DNA of 64,000 nucleotides from Chloroflexota bacterium (GTDB lineage: Bacteria; Chloroflexota; UBA6077; FW602-bin22; DAOUAE01). The position numbers and the translations under genes are program-made. Below are positions 63,885 through 64,000 of the stretch, one piece after another. The stretch covers positions 133,939 through 197,938 of the forward strand of contig DAOUAE010000002.1 of the NCBI GenBank assembly GCA_034433795.1. The letters run 5' to 3'. The notes beneath the pieces were generated by a model. That model was not told the origin of the DNA. It did no database searches and saw only the letters and a list, made by a program, of their open reading frames with translations. The first letter of the stretch is position 1. The number at the start of each line of letters is the position of its first letter.

Positions 63885-64000
63885 GACCGGTCTGCTCGCA
63901 GCCCCAGACGATCCGCTCCAGCGCCCCGTCCGGCCGGTAGCAGGCGACGCCGAGCCACACCGGCTCGGCTCCCGCGGGGTCGCGGGCCTGGTCGGCGACG
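63859..64000 (-). CDS. 3' end of an unidentified minus-strand gene running off the window
   Basis: The frame read from 63999 downward (VADQARDPAGAEPVWLGVACYRPDGALERIVWGCEQTGLTPRRGRG*) is strongly GC3-biased and stops at 63859-63861, overlapping the convergent oxidoreductase by 26 nt. It is not in the ORF track because no start lies in the window. Confidence 0.35.
   Translation of the reverse strand, partial: VADQARDPAGAEPVWLGVACYRPDGALERIVWGCEQTGLTPRRGRG

Noticed and set aside
63617-63958. 113-aa minus-strand ORF at the window end
   Set aside because: An Arg-rich shadow frame. The neighbouring minus frame (63859-64000) has the proper GC3 bias, and the plus strand carries the oxidoreductase gene.

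Overview
64 kb, about 70% GC and very gene-dense: about 60 CDS, many joined by 1-4 nt start/stop overlaps. By eye I found no rRNA, tRNA, CRISPR array, transposase, integrase or prophage signature. All calls rest on motif recognition in the supplied ORF translations plus manual start-codon, RBS and promoter reading. No homology search was run, so family names are recognitions rather than database hits. Most content is core housekeeping of a high-GC, probably monoderm bacterium. A Chloroflexota/Thermomicrobia-like origin is my inference only, from Pro/Thr-rich lipoprotein tethers, a PASTA-bearing class A PBP, a Thermus-type TyrRS and UbiD/UbiA/UbiX-type menaquinone genes. Core genes include rpsF-ssb-rpsR, folP-folK, family-4 UDG, RNase J, FtsK, PepA, an ACT-malic enzyme, upp, PolX, the ltaE-aroK-aroB-pheA operon, HtrA, PBP1A, hisA-hisF and mutL. 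Accessory or unusual content: (1) a self-contained two-gene module at 53.5-57.9 kb, pairing a single-chain tandem AAA_5 (dynein/midasin/CbbQ-type) ATPase with a zincin-like/acidic-linker/VWA-MIDAS partner and no recognisable client gene; this is my best candidate for an undescribed system. (2) A stand-alone-type B3/B4 (PheRS-editing-like) domain fused in frame to a complete TyrRS. (3) A TetR-headed late menaquinone operon (ubiD-ubiA-ubiX ... ubiE) interrupted by a NitT/TauT-type ABC importer. (4) A 9-kb envelope glycan cluster with two GT-C-like membrane proteins, a Tat-exported clan-A glycosidase, two GT2 enzymes, a flippase-like protein and a paralogous membrane-anchored ectodomain. (5) A PdxA-family/DUF1537-kinase pair for four-carbon acid-sugar catabolism. 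(6) A RidA/M24-like/Zn-ribbon/formamidase/oxidoreductase cluster. An extended -10 motif (TGCTAYAAT-like) recurs in front of many transcription units.
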